NCBI GenBank assembly: GCA_038087875.1
Contig: JAXLNO010000625.1
Coordinates: 62,001-126,000 of the forward strand
Direction: 5' to 3'
DNA from: Malacoraja senta
Lineage: Eukaryota
Length of the DNA: 64,000 bases
The position numbers were made by a program, and so were the translations under genes. This document shows, piece after piece, positions 25,398 through 37,769 of this stretch. Numbering within the stretch: the stretch's first letter is position 1; each line of letters begins with the position of its first letter. A model generated the notes under the pieces. The model saw nothing but the letters and a program-made list of their open reading frames with translations, was not told the origin of the DNA and did not search any database.

Positions 25398-25960
25398 GCC
25401 GCTGTGGCAATGAGAGGCCAAAGCAGAAGCCTTGTGGCCGGGGCCTCGCGGCTGGGTCAGAACCCCACGAGTCCGCGGTGGAGCCTCGTGGGTCGGGGCC
25501 CTGGCCTCGCGGGTTGGAGGTGGAGCCTCGCGGGTCGACGGAGTCCGCAGCCATCGGTGCCTGGGTCTGTGGAGCCATGCGGCCGGGGCCTGTGTCGGCA
25601 CCACGGAGGCGTCCGGAGAGGACCCGACGGTGACAGTTGAGAGGTCGGTGCGGCGGTCGATGATGGAGCTGACCAACAGACGAGGACGGACAACGTGGGA
25701 AGTGAGGACGCCGCTGCCAGGGAAAGGAACAAGGGAGGACCAAGTTTGAGGGACCGCCATGAGGGAGGGGGAAGAGCAACGGGGACCCGGTGTGGGGGGA
25801 TTACCATGGGGGAGGGGAGGAGAACAAAGGGGGAACTCGCGCAATGGGGTGGTATTGTAACTTTGGAAGCGCCCTTTAGGGGCGACTATTGCATACCTTG
25901 GCAAGCAAAGAATTTCACTCTGACTTGTTACATGTGGCAATAAAGTATTCAATTCAATTC
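25398..25960 (+). mobile_element. GC-rich non-autonomous retroposon with Rex1-like tail
   Basis: CpG-rich body with GGAGCCTCGCGGG repeats; ends GAATTTCACT..ACATGTGGCAATAAAG plus (ATTCA)n. Confidence 0.6.
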
Positions 25961-26695
25961 ATATGTTCCAAATCATGACCTAATTTATAGGTGGTCAGCA
26001 TTTACGGCACTGGTCAACATGGGTGTGATGGATCAAAGGGCCTAATTCCATGTTGTATCTCAAAAGATTTATGACTATTATGACTCTGATGAACAGACAA
26101 CAGGATGTTAGGACGAGACGTTTACAAAAACTTGTCATTTCACCCATGCTGATAGATATGCTGATAATATTTATAGTGCCATCACTACCTTTCATACGAT
26201 GGCTGGCAGGCTCCAGGCTCCAGGCTTGATTTTGAACCAGGGTTTACCAAACAGAAGGATTTAGCTAAGGATTATCTGATAATATTACCTTTCTGATGTG
26301 ACTTCATTATTTTGTCTGACTTACGAGTTAAATGCCTGGCCCTCGCGCTACCTCTGTAGTTGCCGAGGAGTTTGTTCAGCTGCTTCACTTGTAACTGGAG
26401 ATAATCAGTCTCTGAGATTCAATGCTGGCTGACTACCTGAAAGCATTTATCATTTGGCATATCTGAACATGGAGATCAGAGCTTCTTCACTTTTTTATTA
26501 TTATACATGCTGAAGAGACATGATATATTTAAGGTTGAAGAGTAAAGTTTATTTCGAAGTTGAGCAAGCTGGTATTGGGTATGAAACAATCTGATTGCAT
26601 CCTTGCAAGCCTGACTTGGAAAACCTCGTCCCCCACTTAAAAAAGAGGCTGGTTTCCAGTACGTAAAGTCTATGAAAATCCACCAGTCCACCTAA

Positions 26696-27164
26696 AAGCC
26701 CTGTCCCACGGTACGAGTTTGGTACGGTACGATGTTTGTGTTACATTTTTATTGTGTTTTTGTGTGTTCTTTTTCATTGTACCACTGCTGGCAAATTCAT
26801 TTCACTTGCACTTTATGTGCAAGTGACGAATAAAACTGATTGATTGATTGATTGAGTTCATTCCAAGAGCTCTCCCGAGTTTGCCCTGATTCGAACTCAG
26901 AGATTTACGGTAATGGCTACTCGTCGGTACTCGGGGCTCTCGTGGACATTTTTCAACATGTTGAAAAATCTTCAAGAGTCTTACCGTGATTACCTGCCGT
27001 TAGTGAGTCTTCCCGAGTACCTGCCGTTAGCGTTACGAGCCGCTAAGAGACGTCCCCGTGCTTCGATGTACCCACTACGTTCATTCTCCGTGCTTACCAC
27101 GAGTTTGATTTTTTTAAAACTCGGGAGAGCTCTTGGAATGAACTCGTACCGTGGGACAGGGCTA
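26696..27164. mobile_element. PIF/Harbinger MITE with a nested retroposon tail (~26721-26853)
   Basis: TIR AGCCCTGTCCCACGGTACGAGTT / AACTCGTACCGTGGGACAGGGCT, TAA/TTA flanks; nested (GATT)n-tailed insert duplicates GAGTT. Confidence 0.8.
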
Positions 27165-27874
27165 TTATTTTCCATTTTAATTGATTCTTACATGAGTTTT
27201 TGAAGTGGGAATTGTCTCACATAAGTTGTAAAGTCAGCCGCAAAAGTAAAGTACCCATGACCTGCCAGCCAGCATTATAAAAATCATGAAAACCTCGAAA
27301 ACCTCATGATAAAAATTCATGAAAAATAGTGGCACGTTTTTGTAAAAGTCTAGTCCTAACAGTCTGTTCATCAGAGTCATAGTCATAATAGTCAAAATAG
27401 TTTTTTTTGGAGATACAGCATGGAATCAGGCCCTTTGGCCCACCTCACCCATGCTGACCAAGATGCTTCATCTAAGCCAATCCCATTCATCCCCGTTTGG
27501 TCCATATCCTTCCCAACCTTTCCTGGTTTGAAAATGATTTGGGAGATTTGTAATTATTTATCTCTGTTGTCCAATGATTTCCCACACACTCATGGTGAAG
27601 TTAAACCATTTATTGAGCATGACAATTTGGTTTTCATAGGAACTAGGCCTCTTGTGGGTTACTGATGGATTAGCAATTGGAGTTCATGGTCGAACCAGGA
27701 AGAGTTAACAAACAAGAGTTCTTTATGACAACACATACCTCCCAGGAAAGCATAACTTGCTCTGTTCATTCAACCCGTGAATGTCATCTAAAGTCATTTT
27801 ACAGATTGATCAAATGACTTTAGATGACATTCAGGGGTTAATGTTCATTACTAGATAATCAGGAAGTGCAGTTG

Positions 27875-28123
27875 TTTTTTGAGACACAGCAAGGAAACAG
27901 GCCCTTCGGCCCATCGAGTTCACACCGACCTGTGCACAAGTCCTATATTATCTCAGTTTCACTAGGGGCAATTTACAGAAACCAATTAACCTACAAACCT
28001 GTACGTCTTCGGAATGTGGGAGGAAACCAGAACACCCAGAGAAAACCCACGCGGTCACAGGGGGAACCTGGGTCTCTGGCCCTGTAAGGCAGCAACTCTA
28101 CCCCTGCGCCACTGTGCCACCCC
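27875..28123 (-). mobile_element. HE1-type SINE, internally deleted
   Basis: Homology to 7801-8115. Confidence 0.75.
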
Positions 28124-28883
28124 AGGTTAGTCTGTATTTGAAATATTGTATGCAGTTCTGATTATTACAGGATGGAAGGTCCAGTATTACAGATGGAAGG
28201 ATGTGGAGGCTTTGAAGAAGGTGTAGAAGAGGCTCTCATACTCAATGCCCTGACCAATGACAGCAAGTGCATGTTCTTTACAATTCTATCTACTTGTGTT
28301 CTGCAGATATACTGGTCTGCAGATATACTGGTCTGTAATCTTCCTTCAGTTCCAAGCTTCTCCAACGCCTGCACAACCTGTCTTCCTGTAATAAGACAAC
28401 CCGGAGCTGCACACCATATTTCAAATGCAGACTAACTAAAGTTTTATAAAGCAGCAATATGACTTCCAAACTCTTATACTTAAACCGCTGACCAATAAAG
28501 GCAAGCACGCTATATGCAATAGAGACACAGAGACATAGAAAATAGGTGTAGGAGTAGGCCATTCGGCCCTTCGAGCCAGCACTGCCATTCAATATGATCC
28601 TGGTTGATCATCCATAATCAGTACTCTGTTCCTGCTTTCACCCCATATCCCTTGATTCCGTTAGCCCTAAGAGCTAAATCTCTCTTGAAAACATCCAGTG
28701 AATTGGCCTCCACTGCCTTCTATGGTAGAGAATTCCACTGATTCACAACTCTCTGGGTGATAAAGTTTTTCCTCATCTCAGTCCTAAATGGCCTATCACT
28801 TATTCCTAAACTGTGACCCCTGGTCTGGACTCACCCGGCAATCTTTACAATGTTATCTATATGTGTTGCTACATCCAAGGAAC

Positions 28884-29029
28884 TTCTTCTTCTTCTTCTT
28901 GCGTATGGCGTGCACAGCCTAAAGTTGACGGACAACTTGTTCTATTTGATCTCATTTGATTGTGCACGTCAGGTTGATTGCATTAGTTAATACAGGGCAG
29001 ACCACGTGAAGGTTGCAATCTCCCACCCC
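28884..29029 (-). mobile_element. Short (~146 bp) ribozyme-headed retroposon with (GAA)n tail
   Basis: 11-bp TSD ATCCAAGGAAC (28873-28883 / 29030-29040); inserted in a CR1 remnant. Confidence 0.9.
28976..29029 (-). ncRNA. Predicted minimal HDV-like (CPEB3-type) self-cleaving ribozyme, 54 nt
   Basis: P1 GGGGUGG/CUGCCCU with G1.U wobble; P2 GAUUGCA/UGCAAUC; P3 ACC/GGU; L3 UUCACGU; GU after P1; J4/2 CUAA; P4 reduced to 5 nt. Confidence 0.75.
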
Positions 29030-29276
29030 ATCCAAGGAACAATGGATGTGGACACCAAGATCCCTCTGTACTTGCATGCTGTTAATATTCCTACTATTAA
29101 CTATATTTTCCCTTTACTTATTATTGATTTTTTTTTTGGAACTGTTAATATTTCACAAATACATCAACAGCTTTGTGACAGAATGTAAACCATGAATCAT
29201 TTTATATAACCAGTGAAAAGGTGATTAAAATAGTGAATAAAAAAAGACAATTGCCTTGGAAACTTCTTCAATTTTT

Positions 29277-29592
29277 TTTAGTTTAGTTTAGAGATACAGC
29301 GCAGAAATAGGCCCTTCGGCCCACTGAGTCCGCACCGACCAGTGATCCCTGCACATTAACACTGTCTACGCAAATTAAGGACAATTTACATTTATACTGA
29401 GCCAATTAACCTACAAACGTGTACGTCTTTGGAGTGGGAGAGGAAACCGAAGATTTTGAAGAAAACCCACACAGGGCACGGGGAGAACATACAAACTCCT
29501 TACAGACAGCACCAGTAGTCAGGTTTGAACCTGGAGCCCAGGGCTCTGGTGCTGTAAGGCAGCAACTCTACCTCTGCGCCACCGTGCTGCCC
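29277..29592 (-). mobile_element. HE1-type SINE
   Basis: Homology to 7801-8115. Confidence 0.85.
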
Positions 29593-29624
29593 TTTTTTAA
29601 ATAATATTTTTCATGCATTAATAA

Positions 29625-29868
29625 ATAGTTTATTAGAATTTCACAGCTTTGTACAGAGCCAAATGGGAACTTACCAATTCAGATAAAGCTTCAACCTACA
29701 CCTCCACCTGTTCACTCCAGGGAGAGATTGTTAAACAGGTACTCTCCCAGGCCATTCTCAAGGGGCTTTCAATCTCTTCAGATTGGTGACATGATCTCCA
29801 AGCTTCTTGGTCATCTTCATTTGCTCATCCGTGTAATGACTCTCCAAGAAGTCATGCAGACGAGCAAC
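29625..29868 (-). pseudogene. fth1: Ferritin (H/M-type) 5'-truncated processed pseudogene
   Basis: [33 protein letters not shown], frameshift, ENGLGEYLFNNLSLE* (stop 29712-14); short 3'UTR with AATAAA at 29634-29629; exact paralog uncertain. Confidence 0.85.
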
Positions 29869-30332
29869 TGCAATGAGTAAAGTTCTCATTCCCTTGCATT
29901 GGACAAGATTCCCATTCACTGAGATTACTGAGATCTGCTTCACAGTAGGCCTATCTTGCCAGTAGACCTATCCCCAAGACAGCATGATTCCCGGATCTTG
30001 ATCTCAACAATGATGTAGTCCTATTCATAGAGCTACATCATATTTGAGATCCTCGACTGTAATAAAGTGCATTGGGTTTTTACGATTCCTCCATTTTAAC
30101 TTCAAGTCAGCTACACCACCAGATGAAGTGTGATTCATTCTGATCTATGCTTGTGTACAAAATCAGCAAAGAGTGAACTGGGAAAAGATGTTACACTGCA
30201 TTAGACTAGAATAGTCTGAAGAAGGGTCTCGATGCTAAACGTCACCCATTCCTTCTATCCAGAGATGCCGCCTGTCCCCGTTGAGTTACTCCAGCATTTT
30301 GTGTCTATTGTTGGTTTAACCCAGTATCTGCA

Positions 30333-33300
30333 GTTTTATATCAAAGTCACGTGAGTGACTACGTGAAGAGCCCGCCAGCCACATGGCGCGCGTGTTGGAG
30401 CAGTTCAAAACTGCTCCGGCAGGTAAGTAATTTTATACTTCAACGTGCCGCTTCGGGCTCCGAATGGGAACAGGTACAGCGGACCCGGAGTAGCTGACGG
30501 GCGCAGCCTGTGCGGCTGCCGCCATTTGAGCTCCGAATGGGAGCAGGCGGCCGAATTTGCAGGCTGCCGTGGAAGCTCCATAGGAGCTCGGATTCAATAT
30601 TGCGGCTACCGCCATTGGAGCTCCGAACGGGAGCAGGCGGCCAGATTTGAAGGCGGCCGTGGGGCTCCATAGGAGCTAGGATATGTTATGCGGCTGCCGG
30701 CACAGCCAGGTCAGCGTTCGCTGCTTAAAATAGCAGCAGCCGGTGAGTTAAAAATAGCCGCGGCCAGGGCATCCGCCGGGTAAGCTCAGCTGCCGTAGCA
30801 CCGAGCATTTTTAATCATAGAGGCTGCCAGCTGAGGTCGGCAGCTTATGCTGGAGCAGCGTATAGTGTATGCATTATTTTTATGGCGGCTATAAATAGAG
30901 TTGCCAGGTTTTTTATAGCGGTTGCCGCTCGGTCACGTTTGTGACTATAATAGCAGATAGCATACAAAGGTCATGTTTTAATACTTTGGCAATAACGTTT
31001 TAAATTGAAAATGAATTAAATTAATTACAAAGGACATTTTTTATCACTTACACCAAATGGTGTAGTGAAATTTGACTTGCCATTGCAGTCGAGAGCTCCT
31101 GGCTTAGAAAGCCATTTTAGAGCTGTGTCTATCAGACACCTGTGAAGCTACACCTGGTTCAGGGTGGTGACATGATAATTTCCGCTCAGTAGTGGGGACT
31201 GATGGAGATTCTTTCATAAGAGACTCCAACCATGTGGGTATCGATAAAGCAGTCGAATCTTTGTTCTAATGGGGCTATGCTTCTTTTTAATCATATTAAC
31301 AAACTATGTTCCGTATACCAGAGGCATCTATTTGCCTGTGACAACACCTGGCAGGGTTGCAGTATTTCTCCCACTCTGTTGGGGGCCAGAGGCCTGAGGA
31401 AGCAAATACCTGGTGCAGGATTGCGCTCTATTTCCTCCCTAAAATACTCCGTTGAGGCTCCAAATGGAAGCAAGGACTCAGAGTCACTAGCAGGTGTAAC
31501 CTGTCTGGTAAGTACAATAAATAATGATGATTTATACCGACAGCACAGTGCGGAAAGCCAACAGCCACTTCAGAATCGCTGGCAGCGCTGATCTGCACAG
31601 CTAGTCCCGATTCGGCTGCTAGAGGGAGCAACTTGGCAACCCCGAGTCGGGGTTAGTCAAAGCCAAGTCTGTGAGACAAGTCCTGTCCGACGATTTGAGT
31701 CAAGGGGATTTTTGTCCCCACATCTATGGCAGATGTGATTGACCGTTTGTCTCAATTGGAACATCTGATGAATCTGAAGGTGGCACGTTATATGCTCCAT
31801 GTTAAGGAGGCATGTACAGGCAGTTCAAGTCATACGCCTGTGGTAACCCCTGCTTCAGGGTTGCAATATTCCTCCCACTCGGATGAAGGAATGTTGGAGA
31901 TGGTGCCATAAAATATGCTCCGTGTTATGGAGGCATGCACAGGCAGTTCAAGTCAAATGTCTGTAGCAACTCCTGGTTCAGGGTTGCAATATTCCTCCCA
32001 CTCGGAAGAGTATCGGAGATGGTGCACAATATATGCTCCGTGTTACGGAGGCATGCACAGGCAGTTCGAGTCATACGCCTGTAAGCAATACCTTGTTCAG
32101 GGTTGCAATATTCCTCCCACTCAGATAAAGAGAGTGTCGGAGATGGTGGCACAAAATATGCTCCGTGTTACGGAGGCATACACAGGCAGTTCGAGTCATA
32201 CGCCTGTGGCAACTCCTGGTTCAGGGTTGCAGTATTTCCCCCACCATGTCGAGGGGAGTGTCAGAGATCAATATGGAGCTGACTCCGAACATGAGTATGT
32301 GCCAGAATCCCATGCTTTAATGCATGATGTACGAGAGTCGCATAAGGAAGAGCTGCCTGTTCTTGCCTCTAAATTTGCTGTTCCCTCGGGGACGGGCAAG
32401 CCACTACAAAAGGAGTTGGCCAGCAACATTAGCTACCTAACATCACACCAGCTGTAGGAGATGTGGTCAGACAGGGTCTGAAAATGGAACTTCGGTGAAG
32501 CTCCAACAAGCAGATCAACCCGGGTTCAGAGATGCTGGCAGGTAAAGTCTCTTTATTTACCTCCGTAAAACTCCGAAATAGAGCAGTCTGTCGGCCCACA
32601 TTTGGGTTTACTGGCAGCATGGGCTGTCTAGTATATTTTCACTGTCTCTGGGAAAGATCAGGTTGATGCAGAGACATTGGCAGGGTGCCTTGCATAGTAA
32701 CCTCTGTAAGTTCCAAGTAGGAACAGCTTGGTTACCCTGGTTCAGGGTACACCATCATGGAACTGGCTGGCCATATGGGGCATATTGACCAGGGAAGCAC
32801 TGTCTCAACATCTATGATTGAGGTTATCAGGCTGCTCAGTAGAATGAAGTAGATGAAGTCTCCCTCAAGACATGTTTAAATTTCTGCTCAGTTAGTGGAG
32901 TTGCCAGTTCATTGGAAACATCATTGCCATCCTCTCTGGGATAGGTTGCTACCAGCAGGAAGCTTGTCTGGCATATAATATTTTTATCTGACCTGCAGGT
33001 TCATGTTGTGAGTCAAAAATGTATTTATAATAATCTGTGGGCTCTCAATACCAGTACTCCTGATTGAGTGGCGGGTCATAGAGATTGTGTTGCGCACTCT
33101 GTGAATTGTGAAGCAATTCCTGATTCAGGATTGCATTATGCTAAATTCCACTCTGAGTAAGAACGCTGAGAATTCGTGGTGACTCTTATAGTCAAGAGTT
33201 GACAGGGAACTCATATTCCCACTTCAAGGGGAGACTGTGTTTTCAGCTCTAGTCATAACGTTCTGATTATATGTTATCAGCGAAATGTATGAATAACTAG

Positions 33301-34400
33301 ATAATGCATCTTCCGCGGCAAGAGAAGCCAAAAAATGTTCCGTCCGTATGGTCAATAGAGGAACGGTGGTTCCAAGTGGAATCAATGACATCTCACGGAG
33401 GATGAGTGGTCTGCCCAAGAACAAGAGGGGTATATTTCTGATACTTCTCAAGATTACAGAACCATGGAGCATGCCGAATCAGGTTAGGATTTGGCTAATC
33501 AGATCATGTGTTTAATTACCCAGTTTAAGATGGATGATTGGCTTTCAGCAATTTAACTGATTCAGAGAATCAATCTTCAAGATACATACTTTGCCATATC
33601 TATACACATAAGGCACCGATTATCTGGTGTTTTGATAACAAAGCCAGTGGTGGAAGCTAATGCTGCCCTACTCAGATCTAAGGGCATTGTGTCATCAAGG
33701 TTTAGATAATATGCAACATTTGCAGCTGATAAAACTTAGGGGTTATCAGTAGATACCTCTTGCGATATTTAGAATGAGGCATCATGAAAATTAATAGTGC
33801 CAATTTTGCCTATTCATTCAGGCCATGGTAAGGCAGCCTGTCTTCTCGGGCAGCTAGCTCTGCACGATTGTATGGGAAGTTTGTGAACAAAATATGTGAG
33901 GTACTTTTAAAAGGAAGTAACAGAGGTTTGTGTGGCTTTCAGTTTGAGCCTAGAGAAGCGTTTCTGTGATAGCACAATTGACACTGATTGTGCTGCTTTG
34001 TCATGCTCTATAGTACCATAAGCGGGACAATAAATGATTGGTTATTCACCCGCTGTTTACTAACGTTATGCAGGGCGTCGTTTATATGACCACTTTAAAA
34101 GCCTACACTCATTGTAGTGAGCGATGTATATCAGTAAATTATTATGCAAATATGTTAACTATACAAATTACTGTTTATATTTGTGGTTTTTAGACCAGCA
34201 ATAGCAAGGCCGAATAAAATTAATCATATCAACTTTAATCGTGCATGCCAAGTGTTTCACAAACTGAAGTTCAAATTTAGTTAATTTAAAAGCTAGTTTA
34301 TTTAGCAAATACAGCATTTTACTTTGTTCTGGTTCAGTTCTGAGGTTGCAATGTTGACATTGCAACAGATGCTTTTTCTGTCAATTAGTCCTCAAATGTC
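30333..34400 (+). mobile_element. Highly degenerate DIRS1-like element (copy C); right end not found
   Basis: Left terminus GTTTTATATCAAAGTCACGTGAGTGACTACGTGAAGA; gag remnants (MADVIDRLSQLEHLM; LPVLASKFAVPSGTGKPLQKELASNISYL); faint RT and YR remnants at ~33530-34120. Confidence 0.7.
31789..32245 (+). repeat. ~120-bp tandem repeat x4 within DIRS copy C gag
   Basis: Unit starts ATATGCTCCGTGTTACGGAGGCATG.. at ~31790, 31913, 32032, 32156. Confidence 0.9.
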
Positions 34401-34579
34401 ACTTTGAACAGCAGAGTTCATGAGCTTGAATTAGCACAGGATTGTTACTAATGGCAGTAGCAGAGGTTGGGAAGGGGGCAAAAGGCAAAGAGTTGTCTTT
34501 GTACATGGCAAAACAGGTACATGCTTATAATGTTACGACAAATATTTAAGAATTGTTCCTTTGCTAAAAGCTAAGATTA

Positions 34580-35011
34580 TTTTGTTGTTTTTATTTCTTT
34601 ATTATGCTTTGGTGAGTGAGAAAGATCGTGCTTGTCCGTGGTCGGAGTCAGGCCCGGGTCTGTTGAGTTGCTGTTGGGCCGTCCCCGTCCCCGTCCCCAT
34701 CCCCATCCCCGTCCCCTCCAGGGTGTCTCGTCCCTGTCCAGGGGCGGCCGGAGGTGTTGGTCCGGGCTTGTAGCCGGCGCGGGGAGAAGGCCGAGTTGCT
34801 GCAGCGCTTTGTGTGTATCCCTGTGGATGGCTGGTGCCCGGCTTTCTCCGGCACCGGGGGGGGGGGGGGGGGGGGTTGGCTGGCGGTCCCCGGCCTGTCA
34901 AGGAGTGGGGTTGGGCTGGAGTTGGTGCTTCTTCTCCGCGCTGGCTGTGACCAACGACACCAGCGGCCCCAGGTCCACATCTTTTATTTCATCTTTTATA
35001 ATTGACTCCAG
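34580..35011 (-). pseudogene. GC-rich retrocopy of an unidentified mRNA 3' end (last ~37 codons, 3'UTR and AATAAA)
   Basis: LESIIKDEIKDVDLGPLVSLVTASAEKKHQLQPNPTP* (stop 34898), CpG-rich UTR, two AATAAA (34603-598, 34595-590), A-rich end. Confidence 0.5.
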
Positions 35012-35178
35012 CAGGTTGACCAGTGTGTCATGGAGGGGGTGAGCTGTATTGTCCAGGATGCTCCGCAGTTTGAGGAGCATCCTCCCCTCTAAGACCATCT
35101 CCAGTGAATCCAACTCCTCCCCCACTATGGAGCCAGCCTTCCTGATGAGTTTGTTGATCCTATTGGCGTCCGTGCCAA
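35012..35178 (-). mobile_element. Rex1-clade LINE internal fragment
   Basis: ELDSLEMVLEGRMLLKLRSILDNTAHPLHDTL matches the Rex1 ORF C-terminal region. Confidence 0.75.
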
Positions 35179-37769
35179 TTGTTAAAATTTAAAAAGAGCG
35201 CAATAGAATTTACACCAGTGCATTGACCACTCTGCAATGAGGTGGGGGAGGGACATGGATACCTTCCAAGGAGCAGCAAAGCACAGAGCCCCACTGGTAA
35301 GATGGATTTGGTGCCTAACCCATGCCATTGATCTTTCCTCAAGTTCCGCTTTGCGCCCACTCATGACAATGTGGTTGAAATGGACGGCTTATTGGGTGGC
35401 AACATGTTGTTTCTTTAAAATGCACATGCTCACAGGATGTGGATGTGTGGCAAGACTGGTGTTTATTTATCTCCGATTGCCACCAAAGTGAGGAGGCAGT
35501 TAAACGATGGTAGCTTTGAAGTCAGATATAGCACAGCCCAGGTCAGGATGGCATATTTCCTTCCTTAAAGATAATTAGCGAAGCAAATGCGTTTTTATTA
35601 TCAGTCCAGTAATTTCATGTCTACCATTACGGAAAGTAGCTTTAAGATAAAACCCAGATTTCTCTACTTGCTTGAATTTAAATTCCCCTACTGCTATGGT
35701 GAGATCTAAGCTTCTGCAAATGGATCAGTGGTCAAGGCTTCTGGCTACTGGGGCAGAAACTTAAATCATATGGCTTTATAGTGTGTTCCTCCTTGTCTTG
35801 CCTGTTGGGGTTCAGTATGTTTTCGTTCCCCACCCTGCTACTCTTTGACTCTGAGTGGAACTTCAACAAGGCGAGTGGTAGCTGTATAGTTCACATGCAA
35901 GTCCTATTTAGTAATTTGGAATTATAATTAAGTTACAAACCCTTTGCTTCTGATGGCCATTTAGTAAAGTGTGGGCTGTCTCTTTCAGGTGGTGTCAGAA
36001 AGGGGCCTTTGTATTTCCAGTGACTACAACACAATTTAAGAGCATTAAATGATTAGTTAATTGTGGTTACTCTCACGGCATTTTGTTTCCCTTTATTCTG
36101 ACAAGTTGTAGATGTTTCACCCATGTTACATTGAACCAAAAGGCAAACAAAGTGTGTTGGAAAATCTCCTGTGAACCTGAAGTTCTCTTCTTTTTTGGCT
36201 GTGCTCCAGATTGAGTATGACTACTGCCACTGCAGTCATCTGGGTTCTGAGGTGACTCGTGGAACCTATGTAGGAAGAACACATTTTCCATGGTGACAGG
36301 ATGGATGCACACATTCCACAACTTACACAAGGCTTCTGCATGCTCCTGTTATCTCACCTCAGTGTCACCCTGGCAGCTCTTGCCTCACTTTACGCGGCAC
36401 ACCCCTCGAGTCAGTTTGGATATTCCGTTCCTTCAAAGTATCTTTGAATCTTTTCCTTCGTCTTTCCGGTAGCCTCACCTGATACTGCTTGGAATAGAGT
36501 GTCTGTTTTAAAAGTCTGGTGTCAGACATACATTTGATAAGAGAACCAGTTGGATGAAATTAGAGTTTCAGTGCAATGGATGTGTCCTGCTATTGATTTG
36601 CTTGTCCTTCCAGAGAATTTAGAGGATTTTGTGGAGATGCTGTTTGGGGATTTTTCTTTCAGTACCTCAAAGAACCAGGTGGTCCATGTCTCCAAAGCAT
36701 ATAGATCAGAGATTCCTTTTACCACGTGCACCATGTCTTTTGAGCCAGATTTGAGACCATGATGAACAATCCATATTAATATTTTGCCCAAAAACCAAAC
36801 TGCTGGTGGTGCTCAGCAGGGCAGAAAGTATCCATGGAGGTAAATGGTCAGACGATGTTTTGGGTCAAAAGGGGACCCGACACAAAACTTAATTTGTCCA
36901 TTTCCCTCAACAGATGCTGCCTGGTCTGCTGAGTTCTTCTAGCTGAAGATTCCAGCATTTGCAGCCTCTTGAGTCTCTGCCTTAATATTTTGTCCAGTTA
37001 GATGCAATTTTAGAAACATAGAAACATAGAAAATAGGTGCAGGAGCAGGCCATTCGGCTCTTCGAGCCAGCATCGCCATTCAATATGACCATGGCTGATC
37101 ATCCAAAATCAGTACCCTTTTCCTGCTTTTTCCCCATATCCCTTGATTCCATTAGTCCAATGAATTAAATCTAACTCTCTCTTGAAAACATCCAGTGAAT
37201 TGGCCTCCACTGCCTTCTGTGGCAGAGAATTCCACAGATTTTAAAGAATTATAATCTACCTCAGAAAAGCATCTTGATAAGTTTCCAAATATAACTGCAG
37301 TGCAGCTTGTATTGGTCAACTGTTTCATAAATTTGTTACAGAGAAATAGAAATCTCCCTGAGACATCAGAGATAAAACTGCCTAATGCTTTTTCAATTTC
37401 AGATTATTTTTTTCTTATTGTTCCATTGCGCTGATTTCCTTCCACATCCCAAAGGCATGAGGATTTGTAGGTTAACTGGCCTCTGTAAATTGCCCTTCGT
37501 GTATAGAAAGTAGATGTGGAAGTAGGAGAACATAGAAGTAGTGTGAAAGGGTCAGTGAAGACTCCGAAGGCCTGTTTCCGTGCTATGTTCTTCAATCAGT
37601 CAATCAATATTTAAGAACAAGTCTTGATTTTTTTATTTAGCTTCATACATTAATTGCAATTGAACATTGCAAGGTCACTAGGAATGTCAGTGGGAACATA
37701 AGGTCAAAATCAACTAAGGTCAAAATTAAGGTTAAATCAATTAAGGTCAGTAGGAAGTGTCTATTCTGA

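Noticed and set aside
25317..25952. 211-aa and overlapping ORFs
   Set aside because: Open in many frames because of GC-rich low-complexity repeat sequence
26476..26691. 71-aa minus ORF as an exon or transposase remnant
   Set aside because: No recognisable motif and no convincing splice sites
28976..29029. Ortholog of the mammalian CPEB3 ribozyme locus
   Set aside because: Similarity is limited to core motifs; it is part of a multi-copy TSD-flanked retroposon and no CPEB3 exons are seen
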